A DNA stretch of 64,000 nucleotides from Chrysomallon squamiferum (Eukaryota > Animalia > Mollusca), in contig CM022675.1 of assembly GCA_012295275.1 (NCBI GenBank), positions 14,198,001-14,262,000 on the forward strand, read 5' to 3'. Shown one piece after another: positions 19,392 through 34,500 of this stretch. Numbering within the stretch: position 1 is the stretch's first letter; the number at the start of each line of letters is the position of its first letter. The translations under genes were made by a program, and so were the position numbers. The notes under the pieces were generated by a model, which had not been told where the DNA came from, ran no database searches, and saw only the letters and a list, made by a program, of their open reading frames with translations.

Positions 19392-22300
19392 ATGAATAAT
19401 GCTACTGGTGTCCCAGAAATTGTTGCACCTCTGTATCTAGCAGGTGAATATTTACCAGAGAATCCGTTCAGAGAGCCTTTCAAGAATGCATGGAACTACA
19501 TGACCGACAACTATACCAAGTTCCAAATAGCCACTTGGGGATCACTAATAGCACACGAGGCAAGTACCAAAATGCACTATAGTATTATTATAATTTTTTA
19601 AAATTAGATTTAAAATAATAAATCCTTATATTAAAATAGAAAATGAAAGATCAAGTGTTGCTAAGTTTTGTTTCGTTGTTTGTCTTGCAACTAGATCGAT
19701 TCAATCATTTATTATATTTTATATGATTATAATAAAAAGAATAACATGAGCTGAAATTATTTTGTCAAATTAAATTTTAATATTATTAAATAAAAAAAAA
19801 AAAAAATTCTTGAGAGATCTGAGTTAAAAATAAACGTGTAAACGTCTTACATTTTAATGGGTGTATAATAATAATGTATATAAACAGTTATATCATAATC
19901 ATTATATTGCCCTGTAAAATGATTTAAAAAAAAAAAAAAAAAAAAAATCACTTATTAATTCCTAAATTATTGTTTGTCCTTACAAAGTTGTTTTTTACAG
20001 TACTAAAACGAATAATTAAATAACTTAGATACTAAATTAGATAAATAATTAGATATTAAATAATTACTGAAATTACTATGCTTTCTTTCCCCAATATTTA
20101 TTTGAAACAACAAAGTTAGTTTTGTACATTTTTATTATATGTATGTATTTATTTCTAATACAGTAGTATTATCTGATGAAATAATATATTTTATATACTT
20201 CTTATAATAAACTTTTGTTAATAATAAAATACTTGTGCCAAAAATAATTAACTTTTAAAGATCTAGAGAAAAAAGTACAAAAATCAGTATACAAAATAAT
20301 TTCTTAAAAATAGTGTAAATGATGACAATCTCAGTTGAGAATATTTCTATATAACTGAAAAAATACTGGTTTAAATATTGTAAACGTTTTCTACAATGAA
20401 ACTTTGCAATAACTTGGCCATTAAATGTTGTAGATATATTTGAACCATTAAAATAAAAATATGTATTTTTATTTCAGGTTACATATTTTGGAGCATGTCT
20501 TCCAGCCTTTTTCTTCCAGTTTTTCCCTTTTATGAGAAGATTCAAAATACAATCTGTAAGTTTTAAAAATTTAACAAATCCCACCTTCTCAATCCAATAT
20601 TAAACATACTATATGGTCTTTATCAAAAGAAAACAAAATCTAATTATCATAATTAAGAAAAAAAAAATATATATTATATTTAGTGAACAATGTAGTTCTG
20701 CTCATATATTGATTATTATAATTTTAAATTTAAAAAAAAAAAAAATGTTTTGATGAATGTTTTGTGTGTTTGTTTTACCCATTAAAAAGTAAATAAAATA
20801 AACATTATATATAAAACTAAATAGATTTTATTGTTACATTCATGGGAGAAAATGGTATATTTACAAACACATAATTTTTTAAGTGTTAGTTCTGCATAAT
20901 GACAAAATGTATAGCACAGTGTTGTAAACGTTTCAGGATAAACCAGAAACAGTGGAAAAACAATGGAAATGCTTCAAGCTACTGATGTTCAGTCATTTCT
21001 GCATCCAGGTAAGGAATTACATAAATCTTAAATTTCTCTGTTTAATTATCTTGTGATGTTGTGCCATTAATTTACTGATTCATTAAATCCATATATAGTT
21101 TCCTTTTAAGATGGTAATGTGTTTTTTTTTTTGTTGTTTTTTTTTAGCACAAAAAACATTAATAGAAAGTATCTTTCATTAAAATCAAGAATTTGTTAAA
21201 AGTGAGACTTACTATTTTTTTTTTTTCCAGACCAACAAATCCTGTTCAGAGCATTAAGGAATAAAATAACTTAATTATATAGCAACCAGCTAATTAGACT
21301 TTAATGTGAAGCTTTAAATTTATTAATATTTGTATATAAATGTACTTGTGTCAGTTAATTTTGGTTTTAATTTCAGCTTCCACTGATGTTAGGAAACTAC
21401 CAGTTTTTGGAAATGTTTGGTATTGCCTATGACTGGGATCACATGCCACCATGGTAAATAATATTAAATTGAGAAAAACCCTTTTCTTGAAAAAAAAAAG
21501 CTTGAGAATTGATTTTTCAAATATTCTTATCAATACTTGTGATAATTTGAATATAAATAGCAAAACTATTTGCTAGTATTTTTGTGTGCGTGTTTGTAAA
21601 TTTAATCTTACTGTATTTGTCTTTATAATGTAATTTTAGGTGGGATATCCTGATTCGAGTGTACATCTGTTCTGTGTTTGAGGATACCTGGCATTACTTC
21701 ATCCATCGCCTCATGCACGACAAGAGGCTTTACAAGTACATCCACAAGATCCACCACAATTACCAGGTATTTTGGCTGTCCCATCTCTCATTTGTTTTAT
21801 GTCTAATAGAAACAAAGAAATGTGAAGAAATAGGGAGACATAATTCTGACAAAAGTTCTTCACCATAATTATCAGGTATGCTGATAATTTCTAATAAAAA
21901 CAGAAATATGAAGACACTATGCTGACAAGTTATTCAAAGCGTTATTGATAACTGAATACTTTCATGACCTTTAACCATTTCTGAACAAAATGTACTTGGA
22001 CTTTGATACATAAATTTACATGTAGGATTTTCCTATTGTAAATAGCAACCAGCCAGTATTGTAGGTTACGTTATGGATAACAGATGATATCTTGACTTGT
22101 ACATGCTTTTTTAATGCTTTTTTTTATTATTGTTATTTTGCGAACTTTGCAATTTGTCAATGTCTGTTCAGTGAAATATTTAAAATATCAGAACTGGCAG
22201 TGGAACTGCATTTTGATTAAATATATCATGGACAACAGTTAGTGAAGAAAGTCTTTTTGTAAGATGTAATGATGAATGTTTTAAATATTTTCACAGTAAT

Positions 22301-24964
22301 AAAATTGAACTATCAGACTTGCTTTGTGGTAAATGTTTTTCAAAGTAATTTGTAAAATTTATACGTGTTCAGTTTTGCCAAAATTTTACTAATTCCCATT
22401 TGATTTTCTTTTCATTTCTAACTTGTTTTGGTCTTTATTATGTAGTCAGTGGTAAGCATAAAATATCAGTCATGTTTGCTTTTTTTAAATTTATTTAATA
22501 TATATATATATTTTTTTTAATTATTATTTCTTAAAAGTATACTGTATACGTGTCATATTCTCACAAAAGCAGTTTGTTGCAAAAAGTTCAAAAATTAGTT
22601 TTTAATACTACTTGAAAGAGCAACATTTGTTTTCTTAATATATATCATAAAAGAAGATCCATCAGTTCTAACAGCGTAATACATGGTAGAAACTGTAAAA
22701 CACGGAATGATTTATTTTGGGGTATTTATTTTAATTACTGAGGACAGATCTGGATCAAATTTAGACAACTTAAAGATGTCTGTTTTGATATTCTGCTAAT
22801 GAGTACAATCTCTTTATTACAAACAAAATGCTGATGGTTAGTTATTTTGCAGTTACTATCATCGTTTACATGACACAACTGACTTAAATTTATACTAGTG
22901 CCTTTCTCTTGATACAGTATTAATATTCCAAATAAAATTCTTGTTAGAAACAATGAAATAATTAATTACCCCTGTGTAATATCCATTATTGTTACTAAAA
23001 AGAAAATATGTTACATAGATATAGAAAATTAACTGGGCTGATCTAATAGCTTATAAATAATTGTTTTTTACTGAAAAATAATTGGTTATGTAATTGCCAT
23101 GATTGATAACCACTTACTGAAGAATTCACATTTTAAAGGCCAGGAATAACTGTTTTACCAATCTATTGTTTTCTTTTCTAAGCAATAATTAAAACCAAAT
23201 ATCATTTTAAGTAATTGAGATATATTTACTTACATGGGATAGGTGAAAAGGAAGATCACTGAATCTGCTTATTACTGACCCAGTTCTAATGCTATGACAA
23301 GTGTATTCTGCTTTCACTGTCATTTTCTTCTGTCTCACAGTTCATTTAATTATGTTGTCATCATCTGTCTCACTGTCAAATCCTCCAAAAAAATGTTCTT
23401 CAGTCATCAGTAATTACATTAATTATTCTAACAACATTCAGCACCATTGTCACTTTTCTTTTATCTAGGTCAGCAGCCATGTGATGGAAATACATTTATT
23501 TATAGGTTTATTAAATAACCTTTCACTGAGCCAGTGAGATTGACAGCTAGGGGCATGGCCTTGTCATCACCGCCATATCATGAAAATAGTTACCCTGCAG
23601 AACATTAACATGCTGTGTTCAAAGTATTCTAACATACTGAAATCTATTTCAAGCTTTCCAGTGATGCCTGTTTTGTCAGGGATTGTCTCAAACTTACCCA
23701 GACAGAAAGCTCACAAACCTAAGGCTTTCCCCATTTTTTTCACCTCTTTACAGAAATAACTTAATAATGCAGGAAAAATATTATTTAGACCTATCACACT
23801 GATAAAAGGATAGCTAAAGAACTGTTTACAGGGAAAATCTAAAAACTGATAGATTTTCCATTTTTTCATTAAAAAAACACATTTGCTCAGTGCATTTTGC
23901 TGACTTAAAACTCAGTTTGTAATAATGTGACACAAGTTTAATTAATAAACGTGGTAATGGCTGTGATGGAGGAATATAGCTTTTTCCATATTTTTCCAGA
24001 TATTCATAAAGTTCCAATCAATGGCACTCTCACTAGTTCATTTGCCATTGCCAGTGTTCAGTTTATTTAGTGTGTAAATTTATACATTTTCTGACATTGC
24101 TTCCATTCAGTTATTTTGTTTTTACTTCTAGTTCTATATTTTATTTTGTTATTTTTGCTATTTTATTTAAGACACCATTTGGAATGACTGCAGAATATGC
24201 ACATCCACTGGAAACGCTTGGTAAGTATGATCAACTGTTTAACAATAAATTAATTTTGCTAAAACTTATTTAAAAACAAAATATATATATATATAATCTT
24301 GGGTATTTATTTTATTTGACTGTGAGTTGAAAAAATAATTAGGCCTATCATTAAATTCGTATGTTAATGTGGGTTTGTGTGTCTGTCTTGTGTGTTTTAT
24401 GTTTTTTTGTTTGTCCCTTAACGTAAATGAACTTCACTTTATTAATCTCTATAGTCTATACATTTTCATTCTTATTTTGTGAACATTTCTGAAGAGACAC
24501 TAACTAGTTTCTGATTCTTCAGATATAATGTTTCAAAATAACAACTGATTATTACTATTTTTTTTTTTTTTTTTTTCACAGTTCTTGGATTGGGTTTCTT
24601 CTGGGGTATTCTCTTGCTTGCCAACCACTTGATCTTGCCATGGGCCTGGATGGTTTTCCGTGTTCTTGAAACGACAGATGTTCACTCTGGCTATGACATC
24701 CCTTACCTTAATATATTTCACCTGATCCCTTTCTATGGAGGTGAGTCAGGATCCTGGTCATTATCTATTCCTCGTATGCTCACTTAAACTAGAAGAATAG
24801 AGATGAAGTGCTTTTAATGTTTTTGATTAGCATGTTATATTTTAAAACATATATCTGTATCTGTCTGTCTGTCTATCTGTCTATCAGTGTAATTCAGTAA
24901 ATCTCAAATAATTTGCTGATTTTATAAAGTTTTTGTTTGTTAGTATTGTTACTGCATTAGTTTC

Positions 24965-25016
<52 letters not shown>

Positions 25017-25186
25017 TTAATCTGTTCTTAGGTTCACGTTTCCACGACTTCCACCACTACAATTTCACAGGCAACTACAGTTCCACATACACGTGGTGGG
25101 ACAAGCTATTCCACACAGACAAACAGTTCAATGAATACTACAAAAAGATCGAAGCCAGTGATAACAACAACAAGAAAGAAAAATAA
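19392..25186 (+). CDS. MSMO1: Methylsterol monooxygenase 1 (sterol C4-methyl oxidase, ERG25 homolog), 8 exons
   Basis: Exons 19392-19559 (GC donor), 20478-20555, 20937-21008, 21377-21453, 21640-21766, 24172-24220, 24582-24740, 25032-25186. Motifs: [57 protein letters not shown]-terminal KKEK ER-retrieval-like tail. Confidence 0.96.
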
Positions 25187-28100
25187 AGAAAAATCTTCCT
25201 CACAGACTTAGCAAAAACAAAACCAAAAAAGAGAACTTTTAAAACCACATTTTTATACTTAATACATGCTCAGTATTGTCATTTTCTTTTTTCTTTCTCT
25301 TGTTTATGAAAATGTTGGTACATCTTTTGAGTGACCAAAAAGTAATAATTTATTTCGCATTTTTTTTTTAATTTGTTAAATCTTTTAATAGGTGTTCATT
25401 CCTTTCTAAGTATAAATTGAATACTGAAACTGATTTCCTTTTTAACAAAATTCTTATACTTTATTTATTATTTTATTTTATTTATTTTTTTTTTTTTTTT
25501 TTTTTCTGATAATGTTGAAACTTAAAAACAAATTCTCTGAATGAATGGATTTTTGGTGTTTTTTAGCTGTAATATATTTCTAAATTGCCATGCTGTGCAT
25601 GATGTAACTGCTGTACATTGCCTGCTGTGTTTATCCATCCATAACACTGCTGTCTTTATAACATGTTTTTGATATTCTATGTTCTGTAGCATGTTACTTC
25701 CAGTGTTTCATCTAAGTGCTTTTTTGATCATGTTATAAATTTATGGAAAAAGTATGTCCATGGGAAGTCCATATATGAAAGTTAAAATACTTTTATTAAA
25801 AATAATAATAATAATTTTTGATTGGCTTGCAGAAACTTTGATAAACCTTCAACAAAGTAGATATAAGAATGTGACTAAAATCTACAGTTTATTAAAACTT
25901 ATTATGAAGAAAGTTTATTTATAAATTTTTCCAGGTAAATGAAATTTGATGCTTTTACAGTTTATATATAGAGAGACAGACAGACAGAGAGAGCATGGAA
26001 CATGTTTATGTTTGTCTATTTAATTTCTAATAATTAACTGTTTTTATAAACAAGCATAATTAATAAAAGTATTGTTATTGTTTAGAATTATCAGTTTTGC
26101 AAAAGGTCATAAAACTGAACAGTGAACTCGGGAGTGATCTATTTTACTGGTTTGAAGATATTTAGATCTAAGTTTCTTAATCAGTTATTATGTATGTTTA
26201 TATAAAATGGGGGTATAATTTTATAAGGGAAATAAATTTACTTTTTTTTAAATTTTCTTTCTCTTATTAATTTATTTTTTTATTTATTATTAATACATAT
26301 TCTTGAAGTTGCTCAAATTGCTTCAGCTTTTCATTAAACAAAAATAAACCCAACTATTAAATTATCTCAGGAAAGGATTTTTCTAGGTGTGCATGTATAT
26401 CATCATAAATATATTTTGAGAAATTAAATATTTTAAAAATTGCTAATAAGAAGTGTTTTGTAAATAAACATTTTTCATACTGGCTAGGTATGTTAACTGT
26501 AGGTTTGTATTAATGGAAATATTTGTTAAATATGAATATACATGTACACATATGTATATATATTTATGTCCCCTAGGTGTCTTGCAAAATGTGATGGATT
26601 TTTTATTTTATTTTTTTAAATCAACACACTTGTATGATGTATTTTGTAATGTGCTGTTAAATGAACATACTGGTGTGTGTGTGAATGTTTTATATTATTT
26701 AAAAAGTAATAACGTTTTTATTGTTTGATGCAAATATTCATTTAGTACATGAATTGTATCGCTGTATTTCAGATTTTAATTTTTTTTTTTTTTTATTTTA
26801 ATTCATTTTTTTAATTAGTGTAATACTTCTTTATGTTGATGTTTGTTTTGATTCTATGAAAGATACATTTTTTATTTATTTTTTAAATGTTTCATATCAA
26901 TATATTCCTCTTTGAATTAATACCATGCTCCAATTATGAAGTAATCATTTGAAACAAATTAACATTAAAATAACAATTAGTAACAAAAGTATCTTTTACT
27001 TGTCTGTATTATACATAGGCATATATGCCTATAATTTTTAACCTTTGTAATTAAACTGCATCTCGGTGAATATTTTTCTATGTCTGTGATGGATTTATAG
27101 CAAATGTTCAATAAAGTGGTTTTTGTGTATGGTAAATTGTGTTTTTTCACTTATTTTTTACATCTGGTTCAAGTGTCCATTGCACACTTTCCAGTCAGAT
27201 AATGAATTAAAACAAAAGCCACCTAAATGGAGAAATTTTTGCTGTGATGCTATAGATTCTGCTTTATTATTAGCAGCAAGCTGGCATTTTTTCTATAAAT
27301 TCTCATAAGCAGAAAATTACTGTCGTATGTCATTGATGTTAGCAATTAGCAAAGATTGGTTTCATCTGTAATGCATAAATCCATTAAGGATTAAAAACAA
27401 CAAAAATATATATATATATACTTTACAATTTTATTAAAAAAATAAATACAACTATTTTCAGTGTATACAATTCATAATTTCAGAATTTAAAAAGAAAACA
27501 TGAAAATAACTTGTGACATTTAAGTATGATGTACAAAATAAGTCATATATATAAAAATGCAGTAGAGGAATGAAATAATACTGTCATTAACAGATGTTGG
27601 AATGAAGAAAATTACATTAGATGGAACAAAAAATGACAAATTTGCAAATTACAAAGTTTCATGCTGTTTGTATCATTTTTGTTATTTTAAATTATATTTC
27701 ATATATTTTATTTGTATATATAATTAATATATATATATATAATTAATATTTCAGTTTGTTCAAAAAAATAAATGACAAAAATAAAACAAAACTATGTAGA
27801 TTAGAATTCATTTCTTGAAACAATAAGTTAATTAAATGTCACATTCAAAAACAGCATTTCTTTCAGTTTGACTAGGACTTACATGTAGATTACATTAAGT
27901 AACTGGCAAAACTGTTAAATAATATCTTAATATCAAACTGATGACACATGATATTTAAATTCAAGATTTCAAAAACTATTTCATAAAATTCTTATTCAAT
28001 CTTCAACAACCAGAAAAATACATATTTATACATATTTTCAATCATATCAAAAAGAAATCATATGCCCTCAAGTTGAGTTTTAAATTTATGATACTTTGAA

Positions 28101-28541
28101 AATATAAACAGTAAAGTCCTAAGAATTTGAATTGTATGTTAAACTGTTATAAAGGTTAGCAGTTAACAAACATGCCATATCAAAATAAAGAATTCTCTTC
28201 TCTTATTAAGACTGATATTTAAAATAATAACAATAACAAAATTTAAAAAAAAGAATTTGCATTAAATTAAAAATGTCATTGCAAAATGAAAATCTTGGGA
28301 TTACATTTTTGTTAAATATTTGAAAGCCATCAAAAAAAAAGGTTACTGCTAATTTTAATTCTATATCAGAGTTAATTTAAATCCCAATGTGACTAGGACT
28401 AAAATTCTTATTAATATCAAATGTTTCCATATTAATAAAAAAAAAATATTAAAATGTATCTTCGACTTCAGTTGGATTAAAATTCTAATTAAAGTATGTA
28501 CTTAAGATTTGCAATAATAAAATGATGAAAATATGTTTATC

Positions 28542-31500
28542 TCAGACTTGGGAGACATGTAGTAAAGGAATTTCAGAAGTCAAATCTTTTCCTTCATGTA
28601 CTAATTTTTTTCTTTCATTAACACCACTGGATAACTTTTTATTTGTCCTTCTAGGATTTCCTGCATGTGATAAAACACCTGTAAATATTTTGTTTTGAGG
28701 CTGAAATTTAATCACACTGCTGACATTTTCTGACATCAGTTCAGTCCTCTCTGCTTCATCCACAAAACCTTCATCATCATACTTCATGTTTTCTTTGTTT
28801 TGTGTGTTGTCAGCTGATTTCTTCTTGTCCCTGGATCCTTTGTGACAGCAGCAGATGATGTTACTTAGAGTGCCACATTCATCATCCATTTCATCAGCAT
28901 CTTCTTCCTCCATCGTCATCTCACTTTCAAAACCTTCCACTTCATTCACATCATCACCATCTACATCATCCTCCTGCACACACTTTTTACATGGGCAACA
29001 CTTTCTAAAAACTTCCATCAGTTTTTTTATCAATTTGTCCAGTGGTTCCAGTGATCTCAGACACTCTGGAAGCCAGTTCCATGACCTCAAGCAGTTAGGG
29101 AGTCTGTTCTTGCACTTGCTCTGAAGGATATTAACAACAACAACAAACACTGCAACAATTCCTACAGCAGCCATAGTTATAAGGAAAGGAATTCGTCCAG
29201 CTAAAGAAATAGCAAAACAGATTCCTGGGATGAGAAAAAACATTGAGATGAGATACACAACAGCAAACCAGCGATACTTTGCTGTTGTTTTCCCCAGCTG
29301 AACAGCAGCTCGTATTGGCAGTTTACGTAAGCACGGGATAGGATAATAGAGGATGATGCCAAAGATGTTGAAAAAAAGATGACACAGAGCAATCTGAAGT
29401 GCGTAGTCAATGGTGCTGGAAGGAGCAGCTAATGCTGCAAGAATCCCTGTTGCTGTGGTACCAATGTTTGAACCTAAAGTCAGAGGATACATGCGTCTCA
29501 GTTTCAGACATCCGACACCAACAAGAGGTGTAAGTGTAGATGTGAAAACTGAGCTGCTTTGTACAAGCATCGTTAATCCTGCCCCAACGAGGATGAAGAG
29601 ATAGCCAGTGAGACAGGCAAAGTGTCCAGGCAGACGTGCATTGATGGTTTTCTTCAGAGTGTGGGTTATTTTACTCCTCAGCATTGAGTGAAGCAGACGA
29701 ACTAGCAGGACCAGACATCCACTGAGGAGGACGATTGAAAAAATGAGGATGAGGATGCCAGCAACAGTGTCATCAACGTTGATATGACTGAACAAGGACA
29801 GACCTGAATTATTAAAAGGTTATTTATAACATACAAGTTGAAACATGTCCCCCATTTTGTTATTTTTAATTTGTAAGAAAAGAAATGGGAGTTATCAAAA
29901 CAAAAAGTATATCACGAAAAATGGTTTTAAAAACTCATTTTAATAATATTAAATCCAATAATATTAATATATGCACTCTGATTTACTTAGAAATGTTTAA
30001 CATTAAATGTATTCCAAACTCATTTCCGAAATTTCACATAACTAACATACTTAATGCAAAATATTTATAGCAAGAATTTAGTGTTATATAATTAAAATAT
30101 TTAGCTTTTTAATGAAAAATATGACAAATACTTACATGTTTGATTATTTATTCTTAATGTGATATTTTCTGTTTGATAAATTTGTGACAGATTATTCAGT
30201 TCACCAGGTACAACAGAACTGAAATTAGAGGCAGCTGTGGACAGACTGACATCTGGATGGACTGCAGACATGTTAACTGGGACTACCATTTCATCATATT
30301 TACAAATCACCTGAAAACAGAAAATGAGTAGTTTACAGTAATAGTTATTTTAATTCCTGTTTGCTACATTAGCAACCTTTTTTATTATTTTTAAATCAAA
30401 CTGTATTTTTATATGTTTATATATAATTTGAAATTAAAAACAAAACTTAAAATTTTATTAATCTTGTTCTTTTATTTTTTTATTTTTATTTATTTATTTA
30501 TTTATTTATTTATTTTTTTTTTTATACAAAAAGGAAAAACATTTAACCCCAAAACACAATTAAAAAAACTAAAATAGAAATACAAAACAGGTAGTTTTTG
30601 AGATAAAATTTAATATAAAACTTTACTTAATATCAAGTTTTAATTAAAATTGTGTTATCATATACTAATTAAAAACAAGCAGTCACTCACTTTGACGAGT
30701 CGTTTGTCCAGGTATTCTTCATCACCTTCCGCAATCTTCATAATAACATTTTCATCCAACTTCAAAACAAAAATTTAATATTTTACACTTTCAGCTCTTT
30801 TCTTTTTAATCTTGATTTTTATTTTATAATTTTAATTTCATTTAGATAATATTCAGTACATTATTATTAAAAGACCATTTGCTTATCCATATTTACAAGT
30901 GTTAAATTCCGAATCAGAATTACCATCTATTACTGTAAGAGTTACGATATTATATTTTACATATTAAAAAAAATAATATCTTATTTTTGAAACATCCTTT
31001 GTATGAGAGAAAGTATATCTAAAATATATATAAAAATAAATAATTATACATTTTTTTTAGTCATTAAGAAAAAGAATATTACAATAAGATAATGATTATC
31101 TTACCTTGATAATTAGATTAGTCAAAGGTTTGGTCAGTGTTTTCAGAAGATCTTGTTTTTTCCCTTTCAGTGTTGAAAAATCACAGCTCGACACAACTGC
31201 TGATGTCAGTTTGTACAGCAAACCTGTGGTAAAAAATTATTAATTTTTAAATTCTTTCCATCTTAATTTTAAATTTTTTTTATATCAGAATTCTTCATGC
31301 TTTCGTTAAGGTTTAAGATACAGAGACTTTTATGTTGCATTTTTATATCTGACAGTTAGGTTCTAATGTAACAGTTATGACAATAACAATTATATGTAAG
31401 TCATAATTTTTGTAACAGCTGTTTCTGAACTATTAAAATTTATACTGTTTTTAGTTGCATAAATATTCAGTGCCTATAACTTTATTACCACCATTTTCAT

Positions 31501-34500
31501 ATAAAGTCTGTTGTTATAAAATTAGATACTCTGAATGATGTGATAGGTATTTCTGTTAAACAACCAAATATATTTATAAACAACCTCAATATTATAAATA
31601 TTATGAATTAAAAAGATATACTGATATACAAATAAATAAATTATAATGATCAAAATAATAATAATGTTAATAATAATAACAATAACAATAATAACAAAAA
31701 AATAATGGTAATTATAATAATAATAATAATAATAATAACCATAATAATTCTAACAATAATAATTTCATAGAATACCTACCAGTAGCCACTTCAAGGGGAA
31801 GTAACACAAGAACTGTTAGCCAGTTAAATACATCATGTACTGTCGCTCCTGAGAAGGCTCGTTTGAATTCTCTCCCTTTGCCTGAATGAGCCAATGAAAC
31901 AATTGTGTTGGTTACCGTGGTACCAATGTTGGCTCCCATAATGATAGGAATTGCTGGCTGAACCTGAATGACTAGAAAAAAAAAAAAAACCTAATAAAAA
32001 AACAAATATTACATGAAAAATTTGCTACATATATTAACAATATCAATACATAAAATTAATTAAACATTTTTTTATTCTATAATATAACAACTATAAAATT
32101 GATGTTAACATACATGACAGAACAGTAGCTCTACAGTAGAGTGTTAGCCCAAGGTTTTATGCATAACATAATCAATCCTTGTACACTGACCCATTTGGTT
32201 GTATCCTGTTCCAAACCATACCCCAAAACTGATGTATCAAAAGCCACATATTGTGCTTGCATTAATAACATATTTTAGCCCAAGGCTTTATGCTTAATAT
32301 AATTAATTCTCACACACTGATCCATTTGGTTATATCCTGTTCCAAACCATACCCGTTAACTGGCATATCAAAAGCCTGCTTACATTACTAACAGGAAATG
32401 AATATAAAAGATCTGTCTGTTGCTAATTAATAAGATAACAAGAGTTTAGTGCTCAGGCAGTGTTGACACAACCTTCTTGTTTTATAGAATGGAAAATCAA
32501 TAGCACAAATTTCACTTTCAGTTTTATATTAAAATATTGTTAATTTATTCACTACTTACTTCCTGATGACACCATTGTGATGATTATGGATGTTGATGTA
32601 GATGAACTCTGCAGCAGAACTGTTGCTAGGACACCAATCATAAGACCAGTTATCGGATTGAGTAGAAGCTCACTCTGTGAAAACACACCACCTGTAAATA
32701 AAGGACATTACTGTAAATATCCTGTTCTTTCTCACTTTAAAATAATTGTCAAAAATAAAATACAAATTCAGATCATAAAGAGAAAATTACTGTATTTCAT
32801 TTCTTTATTATTTTATCAAAGAATAATAGTAATAATAATAGTATTAGTAAATAATATTAAGATGTAATAAAGTATAATTAATTTAAAGTATATTTTTTAA
32901 TTATTTAAATTGTTCTGATGTATAATTCTGTTCCAGAAATTACTGTTATTTTAATAACAGTATTAATAATAACAATATTAAAAAAATAAATTTATAACAC
33001 ACTACCCAAACATTTAAAAGTATTCATGCATAATTTTCAGAAATAACCCTTATTTTAGTACAAGATTATTATTCAGACACACAAATTAAATTAAATATTT
33101 TCATAACTGCACATTTTGATTGAATCTAAATATGTTAACAATTTATATGATTGTGACTGTAACTGCAGTTGTGAAAAATTGGCTACATTCCAGTTTTATT
33201 TTATTATCACTGCAACTGTTAGCAGATAGAGGACAAAATAAAAAAATAAAAAAATAAATACATAATATAAAATCATTTGGAATTTACAAAACATACTTGG
33301 GCTGTAAGTTCTTACTACTGTGATATTTCTAAATTATTTTTGTTATATCATCTAAAAATTAATAATAATAATAAATATTTTTAAAATTAATTACATGTAT
33401 TCAAATATTTTACAATAAAAAAAAATATTATTTTTAAATTTTTATCACATAAATAATATATTTTTTTAATCAATGATTTAATTATTTAAAAATAAAACAA
33501 ACATCTTATGAACCTTTAAATACAAATTTTTAAAATAATTTTTAAATATTTTTTATAAATTTATGAAAAAATATATTTTACTACCTTAATTATAATTATT
33601 TTGGTAATTTTTGTTAATGAATTACTAAAATATTTGATAATTAAAACAAATAATTTAAATGTTTGAAGGTAAAGAATATTTTAATAAATTATGTAATTAT
33701 TTATGATACACACCTGCTGCTTTTCCTCCAAGGAGTTTAAATGCTTTGCTGAGAAAATCCAAAGAGCAGATGAAAACATACAGAAGAACAAAGATGGCGA
33801 TAATTTTGAAAACAACCTTCACGTTAGTACATCGTCCAGCCCCATCTCTCCTTTTTGTTTCCACCTTGATTTCATCATCACTAATTTCTGTTTGGACAAT
33901 TAGGAGTGAAAAAGAATAACAGTATTAAAAAATTAAATATGCATTTTTTATTCTTTTTTTTCCTGCTTTTTTAAAAAAAAAAAAAAAAAAAAAAAACCTG
34001 TATCCCTGTAAGAAAATAAATATTATAATCATAATAAAATTTAAAAAACAAAAGTTAAAAAACAAAATTATAGGTTAAGTAAAACTTAAATAAACAGTGT
34101 TTATATGTAAACGACAATGGTTGAAATGTAATTTTTATCAACAAGCAAATATAAGTATTCTTGTACTAGTGACACTGTTTAAAAATATAATAATATTGGC
34201 TCATCCTTTTCTTGAAACCGTATCTTGGTCTCTCCTGACTTCGGTACATTGGTAACTTTTTTGATCTTATTTAATTTAATTTAATTTAATTTTTGTTATT
34301 GTTTGTGTTTGTTTTGTATGTCATTATTTATTTAATATTCCTTATTATTTATTTACTTATTTTTATTTTTTTTATACCAAACTCATTCGTCACGTCAATA
34401 TATTTTTCTACAAGGTCATAATGTTCTCCCTCTGCCCACGCTTTATCGATATTAACTAGCACTTAAGTGACAGCTGCACGTGCTTTCAGTTAACGGTTTC

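Noticed and set aside
28855-29604. Plus-strand ORFs antisense to the last SLC34A exon
   Set aside because: Shadow ORFs caused by the codon structure of the real exon.
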